64,000 nt of DNA from Candidatus Omnitrophota bacterium (GTDB taxonomy: Bacteria > Omnitrophota > Gorgyraeia > Zapsychrales > Fredricksoniimonadaceae): NCBI GenBank assembly GCA_015233335.1, contig JADFXX010000012.1, positions 50 through 64,049 of the forward strand. Direction: 5' to 3'. Each line of letters starts with the position of its first letter. The stretch's first letter is position 1. A model generated the notes under the pieces. That model made no database searches, was not told where the DNA came from, and saw only the letters and a list, made by a program, of their open reading frames with translations. Of this stretch, positions 45,741 through 55,214 are shown one piece after another. The translations under genes and the position numbers were made by a program.

Positions 45741-46643
45741 TTATAAGCATGGAGCAAAATCTACTCTCATGCGGTAGCTTACGATTTCAACCTGTGGTTT
45801 CTTTTTGGCCAAAGAAATCACATCCTTTGTTAATTTTTGTGCTCCGCCGTGAACAAGAATGCCGCGTATATTCTGATTGGCATTAGGATCTCTCTGCTTC
45901 AAATTTTTGATGTAGCCCCGCAACTGTATTATATCTTCTTCGACGGGACTGTTTTGCTTGCATTCAACAATGACTGGCTGTTTGTTGCGGTCCATAAGCA
46001 AGACATCGAGCCGTGTTTTATCCTTAAATACAAACTCCCTGATTCGGGGAGAGTTGGGATGAGGACACAGCCCGTCTTCTAAATAATTCGGATAACTAGA
46101 AATATAATCTGACAGCGCTTGCTCTTCGCTGAATTTTCCCAATAATCCTATCCAATTTTTAGGATCATTCATCGCCTTCTTTATCTGATCAAGGGAATGG
46201 GATTTAACTCTTGCTGCTGTCGGACGAAACTCACTGCTTGTGAATCGACAATCTTTAGGAAGCTTAATGATCAAGTCATTGTCATATGGCCCTGTCGTCA
46301 AATCCCAACGGACAAAAATTCTTCTCCCCTTTTCTCCAAACGGATGTTTGAGATCTTTTGGGACAAGAGGGTCCCATTCATTATCTTCAATCGCTATGCC
46401 TGTTATTTCTCCTATTCTGCCGACACAATTACCTCGAAGGGCAACGATAACCATATCACCAACAGCCATGTCTTTAACGGCTTTCCTTGCCCTGCTCCAT
46501 CCAAACGACTTTTTAGTCTTATCATGAAGTTTATATCCATTGCCCGGCGGCCAACCTACAGCGACGCATTGGTGTTTAAACCAAAGTTGCCATAGCCCAG
46601 GATAAACCACCTCTTCACAAGTAACTTTCCAAACAGTTCCCAT
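45741..46643 (-). CDS. Two-domain protein: N-terminal beta-rich sensor-like domain + C-terminal NucS/DUF91-like PD-(D/E)xK nuclease
   Basis: C-terminus RLDVLLMDRNKQPVIVECKQN...DIIQLRGYI fits the D...E.K nuclease core. N-terminus is VWKV....LWQLWFKHQCVAVGW...VGDMVIVA. Confidence 0.5.
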   Translation of the reverse strand: MGTVWKVTCEEVVYPGLWQLWFKHQCVAVGWPPGNGYKLHDKTKKSFGWSRARKAVKDMAVGDMVIVALRGNCVGRIGEITGIAIEDNEWDPLVPKDLKHPFGEKGRRIFVRWDLTTGPYDNDLIIKLPKDCRFTSSEFRPTAARVKSHSLDQIKKAMNDPKNWIGLLGKFSEEQALSDYISSYPNYLEDGLCPHPNSPRIREFVFKDKTRLDVLLMDRNKQPVIVECKQNSPVEEDIIQLRGYIKNLKQRDPNANQNIRGILVHGGAQKLTKDVISLAKKKPQVEIVSYRMRVDFAPCL

Positions 46644-46742
46644 ATGCCCCCCTTCGTATTGGCTTAACCTGTCCCAAAATTAAAAATAACGAACATTCTT
46701 AACCCGTTTCTTAATACCTTTTATTTGATTGTATTGAAGCAT

Positions 46743-46797
46743 ACACCATCATATATGGGGGTGTCAAAGATTAAAACACCATACGATAATAGGGTGT
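46743..46797. promoter_or_regulatory. Two 22-bp operator-like palindromic units ACACCAT-N9-GGGTGT, 33 bp apart, abutting the XRE gene start
   Basis: ACACC 46743-47 pairs with GGTGT 46760-64, and ACACC 46776-80 pairs with GGTGT 46793-97. The ATG is at 46798. Confidence 0.5.
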
Positions 46798-47013
46798 ATG
46801 CAACAAGCGATAAATCTAAAAGTTGGACAGGCGATTAAAAACTTGCGGAAGAAACGCAGACTTACCCAAGAACAGTTAGCGGAAACGATTAAAACCAGCT
46901 ACAAATACATGCAACGCATCGAGGGCAAGACGCCCCCTGACCTACGGTTAAGCACTCTCAAGAAAATTGCGGATAGCCTCAAAACAACACCGTCAAAGCT
47001 GCTCAATTTTTAA
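46798..47013 (+). CDS. XRE-family helix-turn-helix transcriptional regulator
   Basis: VGQAIKNLRKKRRLTQEQLAE..KTSYKYMQRIE is a classic HTH_3 pattern. Confidence 0.85.
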   Translation: MQQAINLKVGQAIKNLRKKRRLTQEQLAETIKTSYKYMQRIEGKTPPDLRLSTLKKIADSLKTTPSKLLNF

Positions 47014-47030
47014 AAAGGCCATCTGGCTTA

Positions 47031-48332
47031 TCATACCGGCACTTCCCACGGCTCCTCATCTTCCAAGAGCTTCACATTGTCAAACAGCTCTCCGTACCGT
47101 TCAGAATGGAATGTGTGGATGGGGACGAGGCTTCTGGGATTCAATGCTTTTGCGAATGCAGTCAAATCCTTCGGGATTGCATGCCCGCTTGTGTGAATCT
47201 GTTTAATCGATATACCTTTCTCACGACAGTACCCCTTAAACTTATCGGTAAGATATCCTTCCCACATAGAATATATGATGGTCGCGCCACCAACAGGATG
47301 AATATGGGCGATGACCTTGGGGAACAAAGAATTGTCTCTTAAAATCATGAGAACATTTTCTTTTGTCCGGTTAATCTCTTCCATTTCAATCTTTTGCTGA
47401 TTAAATAAATATAAAAGCTTCTCATGCCCCGCCTCCGCTATCTTGTCCGCATGATACTTAAAGAATTTCACGCGAACATTCGGCCAGTTAAACTGCGGCA
47501 GGCTTTTTGTCTTGGCCCCGAGCCGGTGCAATATGAACGCTGTATAAAGATCAATCACAAAGGTTGTCCCTGTTTTACGGCAAGCCTTGTACGCGGAAAC
47601 CAAACGATCTATATTCTGCGAGGAAGCAAATAGAAAAGCAATATTACTTTTACTTTCCAAGACCTCCCTGATTCCCCGCTCAACCGCCACTTCATCCTTG
47701 TAAATTTGTTCGCCCCTGCCAATCATGGAGCCTTCCATAAGGAGGCAATCTATATCCCTTGGCGGATCAGCAACCATCTTTTTAAAGAGCGCACTCTTTC
47801 GTCCATGGCCTCGAAAATCGCCAGAATAAAACACCCTTGTTCCGTTGGCTTCGATTAGGAACGCCAATGCATCAAAGGCCGAATGGTCAACAAGAAACGC
47901 AGTAATCTCAAACTCAGCCACCTTGAACTTCTTGCCACAGCCCACAATACGGGCGTTCAACGCACCTGTCCGGTGCGGTGTAAAAATATCGGAAACCCCG
48001 ATCATCTCCCTCGCGCCCTCGCTAATAAATATGGAAATATCAGGATGGACATACCGAAGCAACCCATAATGATCGAGATGTGAATGGGAAATCAAAACGG
48101 CGTCAACGCACGGGGCATCACCACGGTACAGACCATTTACTGCGGGAAGTACGCCTAAATCCAACAATTGCTTAACCGTCTTACCCTCTATCACCTTGCT
48201 GTCAAATGGCTGGTCTTTTCTGGCGGATACTAGAGGAATCCCTAAATCAACAATGATCCGGGACTTGCCTGTCATCAATTCGACGCAAATTCCGCCGATC
48301 TCTTTAGTGCCCCGATGAATTAATAATTGCAT
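47031..48332 (-). CDS. Metallo-beta-lactamase fold, beta-CASP-type nuclease (RNase J/Artemis-like)
   Basis: ISHSHLDHYG (HxHxDH), VDHSAFD, YSGDFRG, LLMEGS and IHTSGHA motifs in the expected order. Confidence 0.75.
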   Translation of the reverse strand: MQLLIHRGTKEIGGICVELMTGKSRIIVDLGIPLVSARKDQPFDSKVIEGKTVKQLLDLGVLPAVNGLYRGDAPCVDAVLISHSHLDHYGLLRYVHPDISIFISEGAREMIGVSDIFTPHRTGALNARIVGCGKKFKVAEFEITAFLVDHSAFDALAFLIEANGTRVFYSGDFRGHGRKSALFKKMVADPPRDIDCLLMEGSMIGRGEQIYKDEVAVERGIREVLESKSNIAFLFASSQNIDRLVSAYKACRKTGTTFVIDLYTAFILHRLGAKTKSLPQFNWPNVRVKFFKYHADKIAEAGHEKLLYLFNQQKIEMEEINRTKENVLMILRDNSLFPKVIAHIHPVGGATIIYSMWEGYLTDKFKGYCREKGISIKQIHTSGHAIPKDLTAFAKALNPRSLVPIHTFHSERYGELFDNVKLLEDEEPWEVPV

Positions 48333-49174
48333 TATTTAACCTTGTCGAAATCAATCTCATTTTTGATATGTAAAACTCTTATGTCCGGATGCTGCGCCTT
48401 GAGTTCTCTTATGCTCTGTTCAGCCAGCCCCGAATATCCCCCGACAACAACAACCCCCAAAACACCCTCAACAATATCAATCTTGAGCCCTTCTGGCAAA
48501 AGTCCAAGCCCTTGCTTCTGAAAAACATTAATTTCGTAACACTCTTTATACTGCTGGAAATTATTTTTAATACGCTCAATATAGCCGCCAAGTTGTGTAA
48601 AAACCTCCCCCTTCAATTCCAGATTATTGCCTAATTTAACTTCCAAGACACAAAACTGATATTTTCCCGAATTATTCCTCTTAATCGCCAGAAGATCCAT
48701 CTTGGTAGAACTATTCCGATCAACAACCTGTCGGTCGATTATTATCAAATCGTCCCTATTGGCATTGTCAGTCAGGAGCATCTGTTCAAAAACAATTTCC
48801 TCTTGAAACTGAACATCTTTAACCTTCTGCCCCATCAATAATAAATTTCTAGTGCTAAAAAAAGGATGCAGCTGCCCGCGCTCAATGGTAAATAAATAAT
48901 ACTCCTTCTCCTGAACATTCCTGAAGCGCTTAACCATAACGCCCATGCCCTCGACAAATTTACGATGAATTCTAATCTTGTAAAGATTGTTTGATCTGCG
49001 GTAGGATATTTTTCCAAGACTGTTACCTTTATAATAAAGATTCAGATAGTCGTCGCGTATCTGCAAGCCATACTCAAACCCGGACTGTTTAATCTTCTCA
49101 ATCAAGAACCCAAAATCCCGCCTCACGGCCTCGTATGTTTCTTGGGACAGATATCTACTTATGACCCTTTTCAT
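48332..49174 (-). CDS. Hypothetical protein with PD-(D/E)xK-like core
   Basis: STKMDLLAIKRNNSGKYQFCVLEVKLGNN resembles a D...E.K nuclease core. Its stop overlaps the MBL start (TAATG). Confidence 0.45.
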   Translation of the reverse strand: MKRVISRYLSQETYEAVRRDFGFLIEKIKQSGFEYGLQIRDDYLNLYYKGNSLGKISYRRSNNLYKIRIHRKFVEGMGVMVKRFRNVQEKEYYLFTIERGQLHPFFSTRNLLLMGQKVKDVQFQEEIVFEQMLLTDNANRDDLIIIDRQVVDRNSSTKMDLLAIKRNNSGKYQFCVLEVKLGNNLELKGEVFTQLGGYIERIKNNFQQYKECYEINVFQKQGLGLLPEGLKIDIVEGVLGVVVVGGYSGLAEQSIRELKAQHPDIRVLHIKNEIDFDKVK

Positions 49175-49220
49175 GCTTCTCCCACCTTGTAGTTAATTTT
49201 AACCAACCACATTAACCCGT

Positions 49221-49775
49221 TCATTTCTGTATTTGTAGCTCATACTGCCGCAACAACGATAATGTCCTAAGGACCTCGTCCTCGTAATTGCTAGTAGAAA
49301 TCTTTTTCAACAATTCAGGAAGAACCTGATCGCGGAAACTCAAGACACTTACCCGAATACCATGCTTCTTATTATAACTTATTAAAAAGTTATCCAAATC
49401 AGCCTTATCTGTAATGGCCCATGTAACAAACACTCTATTAATCTTCGATAAATTAAAACCCGCCCCTTGATAAGTATTTTTAATTTTATCAATATACGTT
49501 TTACCTTTAGCGAGATCTGTATTCTTCCCTTCCCGCTTCGGGGGCAGTCCAAGAAACTTTTTATCAAAAATCTCACACAAATCATTCGTAGACGGAGACC
49601 ATTCCTTACAATGAGTGACCGAACTCTCAACGTGGTATTGCGCCTTAGTGACTAAATTGTACGCAAGCAGGTCTACCTGCCGGTTGTTTCCCGACTGAAT
49701 CTTTACATCAGTCATCGTAAAACAACCTTTACAATAACGAAAATAACATTCAACAATATGTTCCACTGCGTTCAT
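49221..49775 (-). CDS. Hypothetical protein downstream of the RT (degenerate PD-(D/E)xK-like fold?)
   Basis: The ATG at 49775 lies 1 nt after the RT stop. EHIVECYFR...RQVDLLAYN...YHVESSV resembles a NucS/YraN-type core but lacks the Lys. Confidence 0.45.
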   Translation of the reverse strand: MNAVEHIVECYFRYCKGCFTMTDVKIQSGNNRQVDLLAYNLVTKAQYHVESSVTHCKEWSPSTNDLCEIFDKKFLGLPPKREGKNTDLAKGKTYIDKIKNTYQGAGFNLSKINRVFVTWAITDKADLDNFLISYNKKHGIRVSVLSFRDQVLPELLKKISTSNYEDEVLRTLSLLRQYELQIQK

Positions 49776-49776
49776 A

Positions 49777-50703
49777 TTATCCGCCAATCTCTTGCAAAAA
49801 TTTTTCTGCAACTTGAGGATAAAACTTCCTTATGCTTATAACTCGACCTTTTACACTGGCCAATCTTTTTCCATATAATGGATCATTCTTTGGCGTATTC
49901 TTAAGTTCGTTGACAGCACTTCTTATTCTGTTCATCTCTTTCCTTGGTATCCCGGGCGTCTGGTTTACTATTCTTTTTGTGACCGTTTGGGAATCACTTT
50001 TTGGCATTACTAAAGTCTTCTTATGGCTAATAGTAAAACCTGCCCTAGCCATCATTTTACAAACTTCTGAAACCAGCTCCACAGGCAACCTTTTACCAGA
50101 GAAGGCTGAATCATCAATAAATTGTGACATTTCAAAGCCATGACTATTGACCAACTTTTTAATTTCAATGAGGACTGGTAGCAAAACCAAGTTTGCTAAT
50201 AAAGGACTTGTTGGGGCCCCGACAGGCAACTGCCCTTTATACGCCGTTAATAAAGTTGCAAGCCTTGCCGTATCGGACAATGCTCCTAATTTATCTTTAA
50301 AAACATCATATATATGTTTATTAGTAATGCTTGGAAAGCAATTTTTGATATCTAATGTCACAACAATATCTTTTCTTAAATGCAATTTAAAATGATCTTC
50401 CAGCGCCTTACCTTTAATCCCTCCCACTATAAAATCTGGGAATGGATATTTTTGTAGAATCCAAGTGTTTATCTTTTTTTGAATTATCTTCAGCCTGTCA
50501 GAAGGATTGTGTATTAGCCTTGGTTTTTTGCCTTTCTTTTTTTCAAAATAAGGATTATATAAGCTTTCCGCTACGGCTGCCACTTCTTGTAATTCATGGG
50601 GCTTAACTCTTATTATCCAAGCAAATTTGTTTGGGGATTCCAACGGAAAAGGATTCGGGCTAGATTTTTGCTGTTCTGAGGATGTCATCGATGGCAGAGG
50701 CAA
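49777..50703 (-). CDS. Reverse transcriptase, retron-like/defence-associated type
   Basis: VVTLDIKNCFPSI, LPVGAPTSPLLANL, SQFIDDSAFS (xxDD box), GFTISHKKT. 308 aa. VTK replaces the retron VTG. Confidence 0.8.
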   Translation of the reverse strand: MPLPSMTSSEQQKSSPNPFPLESPNKFAWIIRVKPHELQEVAAVAESLYNPYFEKKKGKKPRLIHNPSDRLKIIQKKINTWILQKYPFPDFIVGGIKGKALEDHFKLHLRKDIVVTLDIKNCFPSITNKHIYDVFKDKLGALSDTARLATLLTAYKGQLPVGAPTSPLLANLVLLPVLIEIKKLVNSHGFEMSQFIDDSAFSGKRLPVELVSEVCKMMARAGFTISHKKTLVMPKSDSQTVTKRIVNQTPGIPRKEMNRIRSAVNELKNTPKNDPLYGKRLASVKGRVISIRKFYPQVAEKFLQEIGG

Positions 50704-50947
50704 TTTTTTTAAGGGGTTTTGAAAAGCGCTTCATATCTGGCTTCGGTTCACAAGCCAAAAGAAAAATGAGCTGTTCGGGAATGTCAAAACAATGGGCAGT
50801 TTTATTTATCAAATCAATTCCAGGCTCTCTCCCGCCTTTTTCTATTAAAGAGAGATACCCCTGCGTAATCCCTAACATTTTTGAAAGTTTCTGTTGGGAA
50901 ATTTTACGCTTTTGCCTTAACCTCTTTATAACCTGACCAATATCCAT
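50660..50947 (-). CDS. XRE-family helix-turn-helix protein upstream of the RT and overlapping it
   Basis: MDIGQVIKRLRQKRKISQQKLSKMLGITQGYLSLIEKG. Start taken at the ATG at 50947. The 3' end overlaps the RT start by 44 nt. Confidence 0.8.
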   Translation of the reverse strand: MDIGQVIKRLRQKRKISQQKLSKMLGITQGYLSLIEKGGREPGIDLINKTAHCFDIPEQLIFLLACEPKPDMKRFSKPLKKIASAIDDILRTAKI

Positions 50948-51024
50948 ATTATTAAACGCAATGAAGATTGCGTACCAATTACTCTGTAAAGGAGATGTGT
51001 TCGCCGCCAGAGCCAATTCTTAGT

Positions 51025-51255
51025 TTAGTTTGATAGGAAAGAATGAAGGAAGGTAACAATTTCCCTTAAAAGGGCAACGATCATGGGCCAATCAACGCTC
51101 CAGCCACTATCTACCCTCTCAATCAGTTCTTCCAGCTCATTTCTAAACCGAATCAACTCCTTTTGCTCACGCGTTTGTTCACTTTCGTTTGAGATCATCA
51201 ACTCAAGAGAGCTGACCATCCCTGCCAACTTTGACCGCAACTTCTTGTTGTTCAT
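51025..51255 (-). CDS. Small helical hypothetical protein, first gene of the RT operon
   Basis: The ATG at 51255 is preceded by TAGGAGGTTTT. The track ORF's longer N-terminus lacks a Shine-Dalgarno sequence. Confidence 0.5.
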   Translation of the reverse strand: MNNKKLRSKLAGMVSSLELMISNESEQTREQKELIRFRNELEELIERVDSGWSVDWPMIVALLREIVTFLHSFLSN

Positions 51256-51535
51256 AAAACCTCCTACTATGGGTTGGTTGTTATCAGAACGCACCATGCG
51301 TCCTGCAGGCCCAAAGAACACATCTGCCGTTCTGATAAGTGAACAAACCATCCCAGTACAGAACCCTCACAAGTCAACTGCAGGCCCCTACCCCTAATCT
51401 TCATTGTTGAATCTTAGCTGTACAGTGATTGGTATTCTGTTCAGTGGTAGATAGTCTTGCAGACTGTGCTTGCGGGATAAAACTACAACGGTCAAATTGA
51501 CGTTGCTGCCCTTGTTTACACAAGCGCATTAAACT

Positions 51536-51676
51536 AATGATTGGAACAATCATTCATGGCAAGATGTCATCGGAGGCAGTCAAAGAGCGTACGCCCAATG
51601 GAACATTGGGTCATAGATTAATATAGCAGAATTTCTATGAGAGTCAAGCATAATTATTACAAATAGTAATAATTAT
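51536..51676. promoter_or_regulatory. Three perfect palindromes in the noncoding leader of the RT operon
   Basis: AATGATTG-GAA-CAATCATT (51536-54), CCCAATG-GAA-CATTGGG (51594-610) and ATAATTATTAC-AAATA-GTAATAATTAT (51650-76). Confidence 0.5.
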
Positions 51677-51698
51677 TCCAAGTTGACGTTAAGAAAAG

Positions 51699-51718
51699 TT
51701 GCCACTATTTTGCCACTA
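51699..51718 (+). repeat. Two TTGCCACTA direct repeats, candidate arm-type sites (attL side)
   Basis: TTGCCACTA at 51699-51707 and 51710-51718, in the same orientation as the doublet at 35666-35684. Confidence 0.5.
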
Positions 51719-51846
51719 TTTTTCAATTTTTAGAGCCAAATTAGGTGAAATTAAGAGAAATTAGGTGGGATTAATTAAAAGGGTTTTAGTCTTAAAAAAT
51801 CTACATTGTTAAAGACATAAAATCATATTTTACCGTCGATAAATTG

Positions 51847-51882
51847 AAAAAGCACCCGACATTACTATCGAGTGCTTTTCAA
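51847..51882 (-). terminator. tRNA-Met terminator hairpin (island-borne copy)
   Basis: Minus strand reads AAAAGCAC-loop-GTGCTTTTT directly after the CCA end. A homologous hairpin with a different loop sits at 35524-35560. Confidence 0.55.
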
Positions 51883-51959
51883 TGGTTGCGGGGACAGGAT
51901 TTGAACCTATGACCTCCAGGTTATGAGCCTGGCGAGCTACCGGGCTGCTCCACCCCGCG
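51883..51959 (-). tRNA. tRNA-Met (anticodon CAT), initiator-like
   Basis: 77-nt cloverleaf CGCGGGGTGGAGCAGCCCGGTAGCTCGCCAGGCTCATAACCTGGAGGTCATAGGTTCAAATCCTGTCCCCGCAACCA. It is very close to E. coli tRNA-fMet and has the C1xA72 mismatch and an encoded CCA. Confidence 0.92.
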
Positions 51960-51966
51960 ATATTTC

Positions 51967-53567
<1,601 letters not shown>

Positions 53568-53627
53568 CTAACATAGATTAGATTGGTAGTCAAGAACAAC
53601 CGACAAGGGTGTTAATGATATTTTAAT

Positions 53628-54398
53628 TTATTGTATAGTTGAATTTCCGCCTATAGTGGATTTGCCGCCAAGCACGGAAGTAGAAACAGGCCCGCTTTGT
53701 GGTATTTCAACGGCAATCACGCCCCAATTGCCACTAGAAGTGCTACTGGCATCAACCGTTGATACCCCTGTGTTCTGCCATTCTGTCCTTAGATTACAAT
53801 AATTAGTTTGGGCCGTCCCCGTTTGTGCATTTGTAGATCCGGTATAACCAGCACCCGCACTTATGGCAGTTAAGTTTGAACCCGTAGCAAAACCCCCTAC
53901 CGTAGCGCTGGTTGCAGCTGGACTTGTCAGACTTAATGAGGGAGATTTCCCTGAATATGATGACGAAGTGGCTATAGATTGTGCTACGGGGGTTGAAGTG
54001 TTGTATCCGGTTACATTCAAAACATCATACGCAAGCCTGCCACTACCTGCTGTCGGTGTTACCGTTATGGTTAATGTTCCCAGACTCCCTCCTGTACAGG
54101 TTGATGTCCCGGTTCCTTCCAATAAGTAAAGATAAGAATGGTATCCCAAAAGCGCTGTAAAAGTGGCGGAGGTTGCAACAGTTGACCACGTTAATCCACA
54201 GCCAGATACCGATGCAGTTGCCGTATTAGTTGATAAAAGATGCGTATCAACAAACACTACGGCCATTCCTGTAATAGAAATACTTGCAGTCGTTACACTA
54301 AGGGCAGCTGCTGCATTAGAATCTAATTCACTTACAACAGGAACAGCCAACGCCTGTCCTGACCAGAGGATCAAAAATAATGTTAGTCCCGCCCTCAT
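53628..54398 (-). CDS. Secreted Thr/Ser/Gly-rich hypothetical protein
   Basis: A start at M31 (ATG at 54398) gives the signal peptide MRAGLTLFLILWSGQALAVP and removes the overlap with the antitoxin gene. Confidence 0.55.
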   Translation of the reverse strand: MRAGLTLFLILWSGQALAVPVVSELDSNAAAALSVTTASISITGMAVVFVDTHLLSTNTATASVSGCGLTWSTVATSATFTALLGYHSYLYLLEGTGTSTCTGGSLGTLTITVTPTAGSGRLAYDVLNVTGYNTSTPVAQSIATSSSYSGKSPSLSLTSPAATSATVGGFATGSNLTAISAGAGYTGSTNAQTGTAQTNYCNLRTEWQNTGVSTVDASSTSSGNWGVIAVEIPQSGPVSTSVLGGKSTIGGNSTIQ

Positions 54399-54417
54399 CG
54401 GATATCCATCACCTTTG

Positions 54418-54690
54418 TTACGCCATCTGTCCACTAACAAATTTATGAATAATACTAGCGACCAATGTCTGATATGGAATCCCCTCATGCGCTGCCTTAG
54501 CTTTTAAACTGACCAAATCATACTGAGTCAACCGCACATTAATACGCTGGTCTTTTTTCATAGTCTCCCGCGCAATCAATCGATGCCGGGCTATTTCTTT
54601 TTCCATATCTTTAACCGGTCTCCATTCGCCTCGCTCAATGGATGCGATAAGTTCCTGTTCTTGTTTTTTAGTAATCGCTGTTTTCATCAC
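54418..54690 (-). CDS. Ribbon-helix-helix antitoxin (BrnA/CopG-antitoxin-like)
   Basis: INVRLTQYDLVSLKAKAAHEGIPYQTLVASIIHKFVSG matches the BrnA-type antitoxin pattern. Its start overlaps the upstream toxin-like frame in GTGATG. Confidence 0.7.
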   Translation of the reverse strand: MMKTAITKKQEQELIASIERGEWRPVKDMEKEIARHRLIARETMKKDQRINVRLTQYDLVSLKAKAAHEGIPYQTLVASIIHKFVSGQMA

Positions 54691-54956
54691 TGGCCTCTCA
54701 AATAAATTTTAGTATACCCTCTGCTTGGAAAAATTGTTATGAACCTCACCGATTCTTCATTTTCTATACACGGCACACAATAGGCATAACTATTGACGTT
54801 AATCACATAAATCTTTTGATTTGGATACTTCCCTTTGTTTGGATGCTCTATCAAGGCTAAGAGAAACCCTCCTTCAACAAGAATAACGATATCCTCAAAA
54901 TCAACACCTCTTTCTTTTCTAAGCTTCCTGCTTTTTTCATTATCCCAAATGTATGC
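54687..54956 (-). pseudogene. BrnT/DUF497-like toxin frame without a canonical start codon
   Basis: 89-codon open frame AYIWDNEKSRKLRKERGVDFEDIV...RFITIFPSRGYTKIYL, bounded 5' by TAG (54957-59). There is no ATG/GTG/TTG near its beginning. Confidence 0.5.
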
Positions 54957-55214
54957 CTATTGTCAACAGACGAAAAGGTGACGAACACATTAAATATTCT
55001 CATCCCTTAAAACGCAAAACCTTTTGAATATGGCCCCTCCGACAAAACGACACGCGCTTTTCTTGGCATATTAATGATTAATTTGTAGGGGAAAAATTGT
55101 AACTATTTTCGCGTTTAGGGAAAACGCATTGATTGCTGCTATTTTAATTTGAAAAAAGCTTATGTCAAATTAACTTTTTGATTAAGGGAAGAATAAATGT
55201 GTCCGTCACCTTTA

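Larger units (their letters stand above)
35562..51945. mobile_element. 16.4-kb integrative genomic island inserted in the 3' end of tRNA-Met(CAT)
   Basis: Bounded by a 63-nt perfect direct repeat (35562-35624 = 51883-51945). Carries a tyrosine integrase, excisionase, Toprim-NTPase replicase, serine recombinase, an RM cassette and an RT. Confidence 0.85.

Noticed and set aside
35562-51945. Complete prophage
   Set aside because: No terminase, capsid, portal, tail or lysis genes are recognisable. The content fits a satellite or integrative island instead.
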